Part shown: one piece after another, positions 1-7,978 of the stretch
Layout: every line of letters starts with the position of its first letter
How positions within the stretch are numbered: the first letter of the stretch is position 1
Source: an uncultured delta proteobacterium
GTDB lineage: Bacteria; Myxococcota; Myxococcia; Myxococcales; Anaeromyxobacteraceae
Length of the DNA: 45,564 bases
Reading direction: 5' to 3'
Assembly: GCA_963828255.1 (NCBI GenBank)
Contig: CAWHDZ010000020.1
Coordinates: forward strand, 1 to 45,564
The notes under the pieces: model-generated
The model's database searches: none
What the model was told of the DNA's origin: nothing
The model's input: only the letters and a program-made list of their open reading frames with translations
Position numbers and translations under genes: made by a program

Positions 1-1602
1 TACCTGCTTGCGGGCGTCATGATCGGCCCGGCGACGCCCGGCTTCGTGGCAGACGTGGGACTGGCCCGGCAGCTGGCCGAGATCGGCGTGATGCTGCTCA
101 TGTTCGGCGTCGGTCTCCACTTCTCCCTCGGGGATCTGCTGGCCGTGAAACGCATCGCCGTGCCCGGGGCCATCGTCCAGATTGCCGTGGCCACCGTGCT
201 GGGCGCCGGGATCGCCACCCTCTGGGGTTGGAGCTTGGGCGGAGCACTGGTATTCGGCCTGTGCCTCTCGGTCGCCAGCACCGTCGTGCTGCTGCGGGCC
301 CTGGAGGCCAAGGGGGTTGTCGACTCGGTCAACGGCCAGATCGCGGTGGGTTGGCTGGTCGTGGAAGACCTGGTCATGGTCCTGGTGCTGGTCCTCCTGC
401 CGGCCCTGGCCGGCTTACTGGGGACCGATGCCACGGCTCCACACGCGGCCACCTCGAGCGGCGAGGTCTGGCGGACGGTCGGCGTCACCCTGGTCAAGGT
501 CACTGCCTTCATCATGCTGATGCTGGTCGTCGGGAGGCGGGCACTGCCCAAGGGCCTGTGGTTGGTGGCCCGCACCGGCTCGCAGGAACTCTTCACCTTG
601 ACGGTCGTGGCCGTCGCAGTGGGAGTGGCGTTCGGCGCGGCGAAGCTCTTCGACGTGTCGTTCGCGCTGGGCGCGTTCTTCGCGGGCATGATGATGCGCG
701 AGTCGGAGTTCAGCCACCGCGCTGCCGACGAGTCGCTGCCCCTGCGAGACGCCTTCTCCGTGCTCTTCTTCGTATCGGTCGGCATGCTGTTCGAGCCCGC
801 CGTCATCTGGACCCAGCCGGCCAAGCTCATGGCCACGATCGCCATCGTCATGGTCGGGAAGACCATCGCCGCGGTCGCCCTGGTCCTGCTGTTTCGCTAC
901 CCGCTCAACACCGCCCTGACCGTCGGCGCGAGCCTGGCACAGATCGGCGAGTTCTCGTTCATCCTGGCGGGCCTCGGCGTGGCCCTCCACCTCATGCCTC
1001 CCGACGGGCAGAGCCTGGTGCTCGCCGCCGCGCTGATCTCCATCGCCGCCAACTCGGCCCTCTTCTCCGTGGTGGAGCCATTCCGTACCTGGATCCTCCG
1101 GAGGTCCGTGGTGGCGCGACGGCTTGAGCAGCGCGACGATCCCCTTGCGCGATTGCCGACCACCACCGACCCCGCCCTCCTGAAGGATCAGGTCGTACTC
1201 GTCGGGTACGGCAGGGTGGGTAAGCGCATCGCGAGCGAGCTGCGGGAGCACAGGGTGCCGTTCGTGGTGGCAGAGCAGAACCGTGAGCTGGTGGATGCAC
1301 TCCGACGCGAGGGCATTCCCGCAGTCTCGGGAGACGCGACGACTCCAGACGTGCTCGTCCAGACGCACCTGAACCGGGCCGCGATGCTCGTGGTCGCCAT
1401 CCCCGACACCGTCAACGTGCGCAGGATGGTGGAGATCGCCCGCACGCTCAATCCCGGGGTCTCGGTGGTGCTTCGCACGCACAACGAGGAGGAGGCGGCT
1501 CTTCTCACCGCGGAGAGCCAGGGGGTGGTGTTCCTGGGCGAGCACGAGCTGGCTCGCGGCATGGCCACGTACATCCTGGGTCATCTCCGCCGGGGGCGCT
1601 GA
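1..1602 (+). CDS. ybaL: YbaL/RosB-type monovalent cation:proton antiporter (CPA2) with C-terminal TrkA-N (KTN) domain; 5' truncated by the window edge
   Basis: Frame is open from base 1 (YLLAGVMIGPATPGFVAD). Motifs LAEIGVMLLMFGVGLHFS, LRDAFSVLFFVSVGMLF, LAQIGEFSFIL and the Rossmann-like VVLVGYGRVG are present. Confidence 0.9.
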   Translation, partial: YLLAGVMIGPATPGFVADVGLARQLAEIGVMLLMFGVGLHFSLGDLLAVKRIAVPGAIVQIAVATVLGAGIATLWGWSLGGALVFGLCLSVASTVVLLRALEAKGVVDSVNGQIAVGWLVVEDLVMVLVLVLLPALAGLLGTDATAPHAATSSGEVWRTVGVTLVKVTAFIMLMLVVGRRALPKGLWLVARTGSQELFTLTVVAVAVGVAFGAAKLFDVSFALGAFFAGMMMRESEFSHRAADESLPLRDAFSVLFFVSVGMLFEPAVIWTQPAKLMATIAIVMVGKTIAAVALVLLFRYPLNTALTVGASLAQIGEFSFILAGLGVALHLMPPDGQSLVLAAALISIAANSALFSVVEPFRTWILRRSVVARRLEQRDDPLARLPTTTDPALLKDQVVLVGYGRVGKRIASELREHRVPFVVAEQNRELVDALRREGIPAVSGDATTPDVLVQTHLNRAAMLVVAIPDTVNVRRMVEIARTLNPGVSVVLRTHNEEEAALLTAESQGVVFLGEHELARGMATYILGHLRRGR

Positions 1603-2819
1603 GGGTCCACGTAGACCAACACCGCCTCGGCCACGTCGTACCCCCTTCCTGGTCCAGAGCATCACCGAACGAGCTGAGCGCATTCGCTCCGAGGGCGAAG
1701 GAAGGTAGTTCGATGGGCGCCGTCTACCGCCGTGGTGGAAGTAGGTTTCTCTGGATGAAGTACATGGACGCCGCCGGCGTGGAGCAGCGACGGTCGAGCG
1801 AGACGGCCGACGAAGTCTCGGCACGGGCCTTGCTGAAAGAGATCGAGCGACTCGAGCGTGCGAAGGCGCGCCCCGAACCCGGGCTCACTGCCCAGAAGTT
1901 CTACGACGACACATGGGTCGGGCTGCGGCGAGTCCGAAAGCAATTCGCATGGAAGGGCGACACCTACAAGATGTCGATCCACTTCTTGCCAAAGTTCGGG
2001 CCCACCTGTCGAAGCGCGACGACACTCCACTCGCGCCGCGAACGGTCCGAAACGTCGCCAGCATCGTTCGCGTCTTTTTTGCCGACGCCTTCGAGCGAAG
2101 GGCTGACACGAAGATGACCCGGAATCCCACCTCCTGCTGGGACGCCGATCGCCACCTCCCCGCCATCGAGGACAAGGCCCACGGGTGGCGTATGAACGCC
2201 GGGTTTACCCTGGAGCAGATCGCGGTCATGACGACGGACTTGCGCATCCCGGAGGATCGGCGGGTTCTGTATTCGCTTCGCTTCCTCGGAGGCCCTCGCC
2301 CCGGTGAGGCCGCCAACGCGAGGTGGCGCGACCTTGACCGCTTGAAGAAGCCCCTCTGGCGCCTGACGCTGGAGCAGTCATTCAACAGCCCCATGCGCCA
2401 GGAGAAGTCGACGAAGATGCACGCCACCCTCACCTTTCCCATCCGCCCGGTCGTCCAGAAGCTCCTGTTGGCCTGGGAAGCGGAAGGTTGGGAGAAGTTC
2501 ATGGGCCGCAAGCCCACGTCGGACGACTTCATGTTCCCGAGGGTGGACGGGAAGCAGCGACTCGTCAGCGGCACCTATGAGCAGTTCCTCGTGGACCTCG
2601 CGGCGGTCGGCTTTCCAGCGCAGCCCCAGTACGAGTCACGCTCGACGTTCCGAAACCTGGCGCTCAGCGCCGGCGCCAACGAGTTCCACCTGAACCTCAT
2701 CACCCACCCGAAGCCGAAGCGGGCATCTGACCACTACACGCGACTGGAAATGCAGTGGCCGAAGATGTGCGAGGCGGTGCTGGCCATCGACCCAGCGGCC
2801 TGGGCGGGGACCCCGGCCG

Positions 2820-2855
2820 CTGTAACCCAGGACGAGGTTACAGTCGAGGTTACAG
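2820..2855. repeat. Putative integrase arm-type binding sites
   Basis: CGAGGTTACAG direct repeat at 2833-2843 and 2845-2855, plus inverted copy CTGTAACC at 2820-2827, about 60-90 bp from the tRNA 3' end. Confidence 0.65.
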
Positions 2856-2872
2856 GCGAAGGGACGACCAAT

Positions 2873-2907
2873 GACAAACCCCCGACAACCTTGACGATTG
2901 TCGGGGG
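2873..2907 (-). terminator. Rho-independent terminator-like hairpin downstream of tRNA-Gly
   Basis: Perfect 10-bp stem CCCCCGACAA (2879-2888) / TTGTCGGGGG (2898-2907), 9-nt loop, followed by TTTGT on the minus strand. Confidence 0.7.
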
Positions 2908-2912
2908 CGAAC

Positions 2913-2987
2913 TGGAGCGGGAAAAGGGATTTGAACCCTCGACCCTCGCCTTGGCAAGGCGATGCTCTACCGCTGAGCTATTCCCGC
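2913..2987 (-). tRNA. tRNA-Gly (GCC)
   Basis: Reverse complement GCGGGAATAGCTCAGCGGTAGAGCATCGCCTTGCCAAGGCGAGGGTCGAGGGTTCAAATCCCTTTTCCCGCTCCA folds as a cloverleaf with anticodon GCC, TTCAAAT T-loop and encoded CCA. Confidence 0.98.
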
Positions 2988-3010
2988 AAAATCCTGTATC
3001 GAGGGGCGGA

Positions 3011-3040
3011 TTTATAGGGTCAGCCCCTCTGGAGTGTCAA
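3011..3040 (-). promoter_or_regulatory. sigma70-type promoter of tRNA-Gly
   Basis: Minus strand TTGACA (3040-3035), 18-bp spacer, TATAAA (3016-3011), 23 bp upstream of the tRNA 5' end. Confidence 0.8.
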
Positions 3041-3064
3041 GAGCCTTGGGCCACCCCCGGCCCC

Positions 3065-3205
3065 CCGTGCACCCGGGTGTGCATGGCCTTGAAGGAGTCG
3101 CGGACGGACAACCGGGCCGACCAGGGGGAGAAGGCCAGCGAGATGTCGAGGGGCCACGTCTCCACCACGTTCACGTCCGCGTCTACCGCGAAGGCCAGGA
3201 AGTCC
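3065..3205 (-). pseudogene. Decayed duplicate of the pgsA 3' end
   Basis: Ungapped alignment to 7214-7354 with 119/141 identities by hand count. Translates DFLAFAVDADVNVVETWPLDISLAFSPWSA versus PgsA DFLAFEVDVDANVVGTWLLYISLAFSLWSA. Confidence 0.9.
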
Positions 3206-3860
3206 GCGCCCGGTCGATCCCGGCTGGGGGTGTGCACGGTCGGGGCCGTTGCTCCGCCTGGATGCAACGCCCGCATGGACAGTCGAGGCCGAGCGGGCAC
3301 TCGGCCGGCATGACGCACTTCTCACCCAGCGCTTTCCGGTGGTCCGGCTTCGAAGGTCCCGCCAGCGCGCCGCGCACGATGGCTTCCACCGCGTCCGGGT
3401 CCATGAGTGTCCTGGAGTCACTGCCCCGTCGCTCGTGGACGACGCGCCCACTCCTGTCGGCGACCGAGATGAGGTCCACCCCGCGGTCGTCTGCACCTGG
3501 CCACCGGCCTGCACCACGACGAGCAAGGTCGGCGCCCACTGGGTCCAGGAAGGGTCTCATGGCCTTGCCAAGATGGAACTGCTGGTGCGCTGGGAACTAC
3601 CGCGGGGATTCGACCCACCGGCGCACGGCCGCAACCTTCCCGGGTACCGGACGCCCCAACAGGCCGGGTGCCGGATCCGGGGGAAAGGGCCTAGTCTAGT
3701 CCCGATGCACCCGACGCAACTGGTGGCGCCTGCCATCTGCATCGCCACGATGCCCTTCGGGGCGTGCGCGGCCCACGTGATCCCGGTCCCGCCCACCCGC
3801 GTTCGCCCCCTCGGCTCACGCCTGCAGGGGTCCTTCCCGGTCGCCATCGCCATCGGGCTC
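3183..3860 (-). pseudogene. Possible decayed thioredoxin-fold (TlpA/AhpC-TSA-like) gene with a Cys-rich tail
   Basis: Hydrophobic strand then CxxC (KGIVAMQMAGATSCVGC). After a frame change and an in-frame TAG at 3597-3599 come RPFLDPVGADLAR...SVADRSGRVV...DAVEAIVRGAL and CVMPAECPLGLDCPCGRC. Resemblance judged by eye only. Confidence 0.3.
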
Positions 3861-3956
3861 AAGGACCCGGACATCATCGGCGAGCCTGCGGCTCGATGGC
3901 TCCGGGCGCGGTGATCGACTGACATCTACGTCTGCTCCTGATCGGGGGGGCTCCGC

Positions 3957-5495
3957 TTGAAGAATTCGGTCGTCCTGGTGCTCGCAGCGGGCCTCGTGTC
4001 CGTGCTTGCCCCTTGCCGAGCGTCCGCCGCCGATCCGGCGCCCGCGGTCGAGCCTGCGCCCGCCGCGGAGCCATCATGGGTGCCGCCCGATCCCTGGGCC
4101 ACGTTCGTCTACGAGAAGCCCGCCCCGGTCTACCGGCTGCGCCTGGCCATCGAGCAGCTCTCGATGACGGCTCTGTCCTTCACCGGCTACCTGATCTGGA
4201 ACCCACCACCGGCCACCCCCGGCGTTCCAGCGACGACCATCCTGGAAAAGCTGACCTTCGCGCCGGATTCCTGGTACCTCGACGCGGACTCGCTCGCCAC
4301 CAACTTCGGCGGCCACGTCGCTGCGGGGACCTTCTACTACATGTTCGCCCGCGCGAACCGGGTCTCCGTCCCCGAGGCGTTTCTCTGGACGCTCGGAACC
4401 TCCACGCTCTGGGAGTTGATCGAGTTCAAGGAGCCGGTGTCGATCAACGACATGATCGTCACGCCGGTCTCCGGGCTCGCCATCGGAGAGGCCTTCACCC
4501 AGCTCTCGGGATGGTTCGATCGCAACGGCAGCAGCAAGCTGTCGAAGGCGCTCGCGGTGATCTTCAATCCGATGAAGAAGTTCCACGACTGGATGGACAA
4601 AGCCGAGCCGCGGAGGGACCCGGCCTACAGCGGCTGGCACGAGTTCCGCGCGGGCGCCTCCGGGCAAGTCCTCTGGCAGGACGGCCACACCTATCCCGGC
4701 ATCGCGGTCGAGTTCGCCACCCGGCTCTTCCGCGCCCCGGGCTACGGCAAGGCAGGAGGCACCGGATTTGGCTTCGCCGACGGAAATGTGTCCGCCATCG
4801 GGCTCACGGCGACAATCGCCGGTGGCCAAACGGTCGACTTCCTCTTCGACACCGAGACTGCCCTCGTCGGTCATTACTCCCGGGATCTCCGGACGGATGG
4901 TGAGGGCCTTTCGGGCTGGGACCTCTTCGTCGGGGGTACCGCGGGGTACGAGTTCGGCTCGCACGCGTGGAACCTCGCCGGCGGCGAGCCCAAGAACCAG
5001 ATCTCGCTCGTTCGCCTTCCCGGCGTCGACGGGCGCCTCCGTCTGTTCGCGGGCGACCTGCGGGTGGATTGCTCGCTGGACGTGGCCTTCGACTTCGGGG
5101 GGGTCGAGCCGATCGGAAATCCGGGCACCGAGGTGCTGGCCCCGGGCCAGGTCTTTCCCACCGTGTATTCGGTCCAGGGATACTACTTCGCCTTCGGCCT
5201 CCACCTGGCGCCGGCACTCGAGCTTCGATACGGACCCTTGGCGCTGGGCGCCTCCGTTCGCGCCGACTGGCTCTGGGGAATGACCGGCCCGTTCGTTCCG
5301 GAGCTGGACGGGCAGGTGGCCTCGCTCGCCGACGTCCGCGCGATCGGCACGGCCTGGCTGCGGGTGCACCTGCACGAGCCAGGCGTCGAGTTTGCGCTCA
5401 GCACCATCACCCGGGAACGCCGCGGCAGGGCAGGGAACCAGGAGACGAGCCGGCAGGATCGGTCGCTTCTCCTGAGCTTCAACGTGCTGTTCTGA
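3957..5495 (+). CDS. DUF3943-domain exported protein, probable outer-membrane beta-barrel
   Basis: TTG start and signal peptide. Conserved-looking block DSLATNFGGHVAAGTFYYMFAR...STLWELIEFKEPVSINDMIVTPVSGLAIGE. Amphipathic strands and C-terminal Phe (LSFNVLF). Confidence 0.7.
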   Translation: MKNSVVLVLAAGLVSVLAPCRASAADPAPAVEPAPAAEPSWVPPDPWATFVYEKPAPVYRLRLAIEQLSMTALSFTGYLIWNPPPATPGVPATTILEKLTFAPDSWYLDADSLATNFGGHVAAGTFYYMFARANRVSVPEAFLWTLGTSTLWELIEFKEPVSINDMIVTPVSGLAIGEAFTQLSGWFDRNGSSKLSKALAVIFNPMKKFHDWMDKAEPRRDPAYSGWHEFRAGASGQVLWQDGHTYPGIAVEFATRLFRAPGYGKAGGTGFGFADGNVSAIGLTATIAGGQTVDFLFDTETALVGHYSRDLRTDGEGLSGWDLFVGGTAGYEFGSHAWNLAGGEPKNQISLVRLPGVDGRLRLFAGDLRVDCSLDVAFDFGGVEPIGNPGTEVLAPGQVFPTVYSVQGYYFAFGLHLAPALELRYGPLALGASVRADWLWGMTGPFVPELDGQVASLADVRAIGTAWLRVHLHEPGVEFALSTITRERRGRAGNQETSRQDRSLLLSFNVLF

Positions 5496-5626
5496 GCGGC
5501 CGCCGCGCGCGTCACCGCTCGCTCGCCGGATCGGGGGATCCCTCCCGCGTGGAACCGGAGGGTCCTCGACGGCGCCGGAGCGATGGCCTTGCCGGGGCTC
5601 CGGTCGGGGCTTATGCCCGCTGCTCG

Positions 5627-6100
5627 ATGGACTTGGCGATTGCGATCCTGCTGCTGGTGTTCTCAGGATCGAAGTCGACGCTCGCGCCCGCTGCCTGGGC
5701 TCGAACCGACGTGGTTCTCGAGTCGTCGGTCCTGGACGGCGCGCTGACCGAGAGCGCCCTCCGCTCCTTCGGAAAGGCGGAGCCCTGGCAGCCGCCGCCC
5801 TGCATCGGAAACACCTGCCAGCCGCGCGTCTCCATCCCCGTTCCCGGATTCGAGCCTCAGATCGACATGCGCGGCAGGGGCGGTGAGGTGTTCGCCTCCA
5901 TGCTCGAGCGCCTGGACGCCGGCGTCGTGGCGAACATCGCCCGGGCGGCGGCAACGGCCGGTGTTCGCCTGGAGTATCGGCCACCGCGGGCCCAGGACCT
6001 CTTGCCGGGGAGCCGGAACCTGGGGCAGGTGGCGATCATGGCCCGCTGGCGCCTGGATGCGTGGAATGTTCCGATGTTCCAGGTGTCCCCCTCGCCGTAG
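5627..6100 (+). CDS. Hypothetical exported protein (157 aa)
   Basis: ATG at 5627 followed by a hydrophobic N-terminus (MDLAIAILLLVF), CxxxxC motif, GC-rich third positions. Confidence 0.6.
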   Translation: MDLAIAILLLVFSGSKSTLAPAAWARTDVVLESSVLDGALTESALRSFGKAEPWQPPPCIGNTCQPRVSIPVPGFEPQIDMRGRGGEVFASMLERLDAGVVANIARAAATAGVRLEYRPPRAQDLLPGSRNLGQVAIMARWRLDAWNVPMFQVSPSP

Positions 6101-6249
6101 GCGTGTCCCGTCGCGTTCGTCTGCGGCGCCGGCAACATGGCCCCGATTGCCTCCCCCAGAATCGGCACGGCTTTCAGGGGGGATCCCGCGGGGAGGAATC
6201 GGCCCGGGACGTGTGGCGATTCGTTGCAGCCGCCCGTATGTGAAGACGA

Positions 6250-7179
6250 ATGGGACGATTCTCCCGACGGGAGTTCCTGCTGGGCGCGGCCGCCACGGTT
6301 GTGGCCTCGACGCCCCTACCAGCGCTGGCCGCTGGCGGCGAGGTCACACCGGAGCGGCACGAGATCGTGGTGCCGGACCTCGACCCGGCCCACGACGGGT
6401 TGCGAATCGCCCAGCTCTCCGACCTCCACGTCGGCGCGATGACCCCGGTCGAGCGCATCCGCGCCGCCATCGCGGAGGCGAACCGCTTTCGGCCCGACCT
6501 GGTCGTGCTCACCGGGGACTACCTGACGCGTGATCCCGGAGGCGTCACGCTCATGCGCGAGCAACTCGCGGGTCTGGATGCGCCCACGCTGGCCACTCTC
6601 GGGAACCACGACCGCTGGGTCGATCCGCGCGGGGCCGGTGCCGCCCTCGAGGACCTGGGGTATGGCTTCCTGGAGAACCAGAACACCACCCTCACCCTTC
6701 GCCACGCTCCGTTCACGGTGGTCGGGATAGACGACCTCTGGACCTATTCCGCGGACCCCCCCCGGGCCATGAAGGGCGCCCCGGCCGGATCACGCCTGTA
6801 CCTGGCCCACGTCCCGGCCACCGCAGACATCCTGGCCAACTGGGGGAAGCCAATGCTCGTCCTGTCGGGTCACACCCATGGCGGCCAGGTGAACGTGCCC
6901 CTGCTCACGCCGGCCATCCGCTGGATGATCCGAGAGCCGTACATCGGCGGGTTGTACCAGGTCGGGAAGGTTCAACTCTACGTGAACCGCGGCGTGGGCA
7001 ACGTGGGGCTGGGCCTGCGCATCAACGCGCCTCCCGAGGTCTCCTTGCTCACCCTTCGCGCCGGAGTCGCGTCACCGGCAAGGGAGCCCTCCGCGGATGT
7101 CGTCGTGCCTGGCGCGGCGCGAGAGGACGCCAGGAATTCCACCCCGGAATGGGTCGCCTCCCTCTGGAATTCTCCGTAG
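6250..7179 (+). CDS. Tat-exported metallophosphoesterase (YkuE/YaeI-like calcineurin fold)
   Basis: SRREFL twin-arginine signal; motifs DLH, GD, GNHD, H, GHTHGGQ, NRGVG. Confidence 0.9.
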   Translation: MGRFSRREFLLGAAATVVASTPLPALAAGGEVTPERHEIVVPDLDPAHDGLRIAQLSDLHVGAMTPVERIRAAIAEANRFRPDLVVLTGDYLTRDPGGVTLMREQLAGLDAPTLATLGNHDRWVDPRGAGAALEDLGYGFLENQNTTLTLRHAPFTVVGIDDLWTYSADPPRAMKGAPAGSRLYLAHVPATADILANWGKPMLVLSGHTHGGQVNVPLLTPAIRWMIREPYIGGLYQVGKVQLYVNRGVGNVGLGLRINAPPEVSLLTLRAGVASPAREPSADVVVPGAAREDARNSTPEWVASLWNSP

Positions 7180-7206
7180 CCCCGTCCCGCTTCACGCGCC
7201 GTCTCG

Positions 7207-7806
7207 TCACGGACCGTGATCCTGGGTGTACACGGCCTTGAAGAAATCCCGGATGTAGACCCAGGCCGACCAGAGCGAGAAGGCCAGCGAGATGTAGAGG
7301 AGCCACGTCCCCACCACGTTCGCGTCCACGTCCACCTCGAAGGCCAGGAAGTCCACCCTGTACCGGTAGTGGATGAGGAGGAAGGAGATGGCGGCGATCT
7401 GCAGGCTCTGCTTGTACTTCCCCTCCTGGCCGGCGGCGATGACGATGCCCTCGCTCATGGCCATGGTGCGCAGGCCCGTCACGGTGAACTCGCGGGCCAG
7501 GATGAGGATGACGAGCCAGGCCGGCACCCGTCCCAGGTGCACCAGCATGATGAGCACCGCCATCAGGATGAGCTTGTCGGCGAGCGGGTCGAGGAACTTG
7601 CCCACCACGGTGACGGTGTTGGTCCGCCGCGCCACCCATCCGTCGAGGAAGTCGGTGGCCCCGACGATGGCGAAGAGGCCGCCGGCCACGAAGCTGTTCA
7701 CCCGCCCCTCGTAGTAGGTGAAGGCCAGGATGAGCGGGATCATGCCGATCCGCGCCACCGTGATGGCGTTCGGCGCGTTGAGGATGTCCTTCCGGAGGTT
7801 CCCCAA
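7207..7806 (-). CDS. pgsA: CDP-diacylglycerol--glycerol-3-phosphate 3-phosphatidyltransferase
   Basis: PNAITVARI, TDFLDGWVARR, GKFLDPLADK, REFTVTGLR, GKYK. Probable TTG start at 7806 with GAGG upstream. Confidence 0.95.
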   Translation of the reverse strand: MGNLRKDILNAPNAITVARIGMIPLILAFTYYEGRVNSFVAGGLFAIVGATDFLDGWVARRTNTVTVVGKFLDPLADKLILMAVLIMLVHLGRVPAWLVILILAREFTVTGLRTMAMSEGIVIAAGQEGKYKQSLQIAAISFLLIHYRYRVDFLAFEVDVDANVVGTWLLYISLAFSLWSAWVYIRDFFKAVYTQDHGP

Positions 7807-7887
7807 TCGCGCCTCAGAGCTCGTGAGGGAATCCCCGGACCGAGCCGGGCGGCTGAGGCGCAAGGAGCGCAAGGAGCACCGACCGAG

Positions 7888-7904
7888 CATACCTGGCTGG
7901 TATG
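7888..7904. promoter_or_regulatory. Palindromic operator-like site upstream of pgsA
   Basis: CATACC-N5-GGTATG inverted repeat in the 172-bp intergenic gap. Confidence 0.35.
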
Positions 7905-7978
7905 TGAGGGAGGTGCGACGCCGCGATGCGCAGTGCATCGGCCAATCCGGCGATGGGAGGGGATTTCTTCACGGGCTC

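Larger units (their letters stand above)
1..2955. mobile_element. tRNA-Gly-anchored integrative element/genomic island, tRNA-proximal end; far end lies outside the window
   Basis: Tyrosine integrase abuts the tRNA 3' end, with arm-type repeats at 2820-2855 and a terminator hairpin. The exact att core boundary cannot be fixed without the other end. Confidence 0.7.
1713..3313 (+). pseudogene. Tyrosine recombinase/phage integrase, split by a frameshift (probably an internal deletion) at ~2000; ORF continues antisense through tRNA-Gly
   Basis: N-terminal arm-binding-like MGAVYRRGGSRFLWMKY...HFLPKFG is in one frame. LAPRTVRN, GGPRPGEA (catalytic R), STK, YESRSTF, LITH and DHY (nucleophile Y) are in the 1913-3313 frame. 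Confidence 0.85.

Noticed and set aside
6213..6228. TGGCGATTCGTTGCA as a sigma54 promoter for the metallophosphoesterase
   Set aside because: Spacing is GG-N9-GC, whereas sigma54 requires N10.
3065..7354. pgsA repeat pair as a diversity-generating retroelement TR/VR
   Set aside because: The 22 mismatches fall on all four bases (9 A, 5 T, 6 C, 2 G in the intact plus strand) rather than only adenines, and no reverse transcriptase is in the window.
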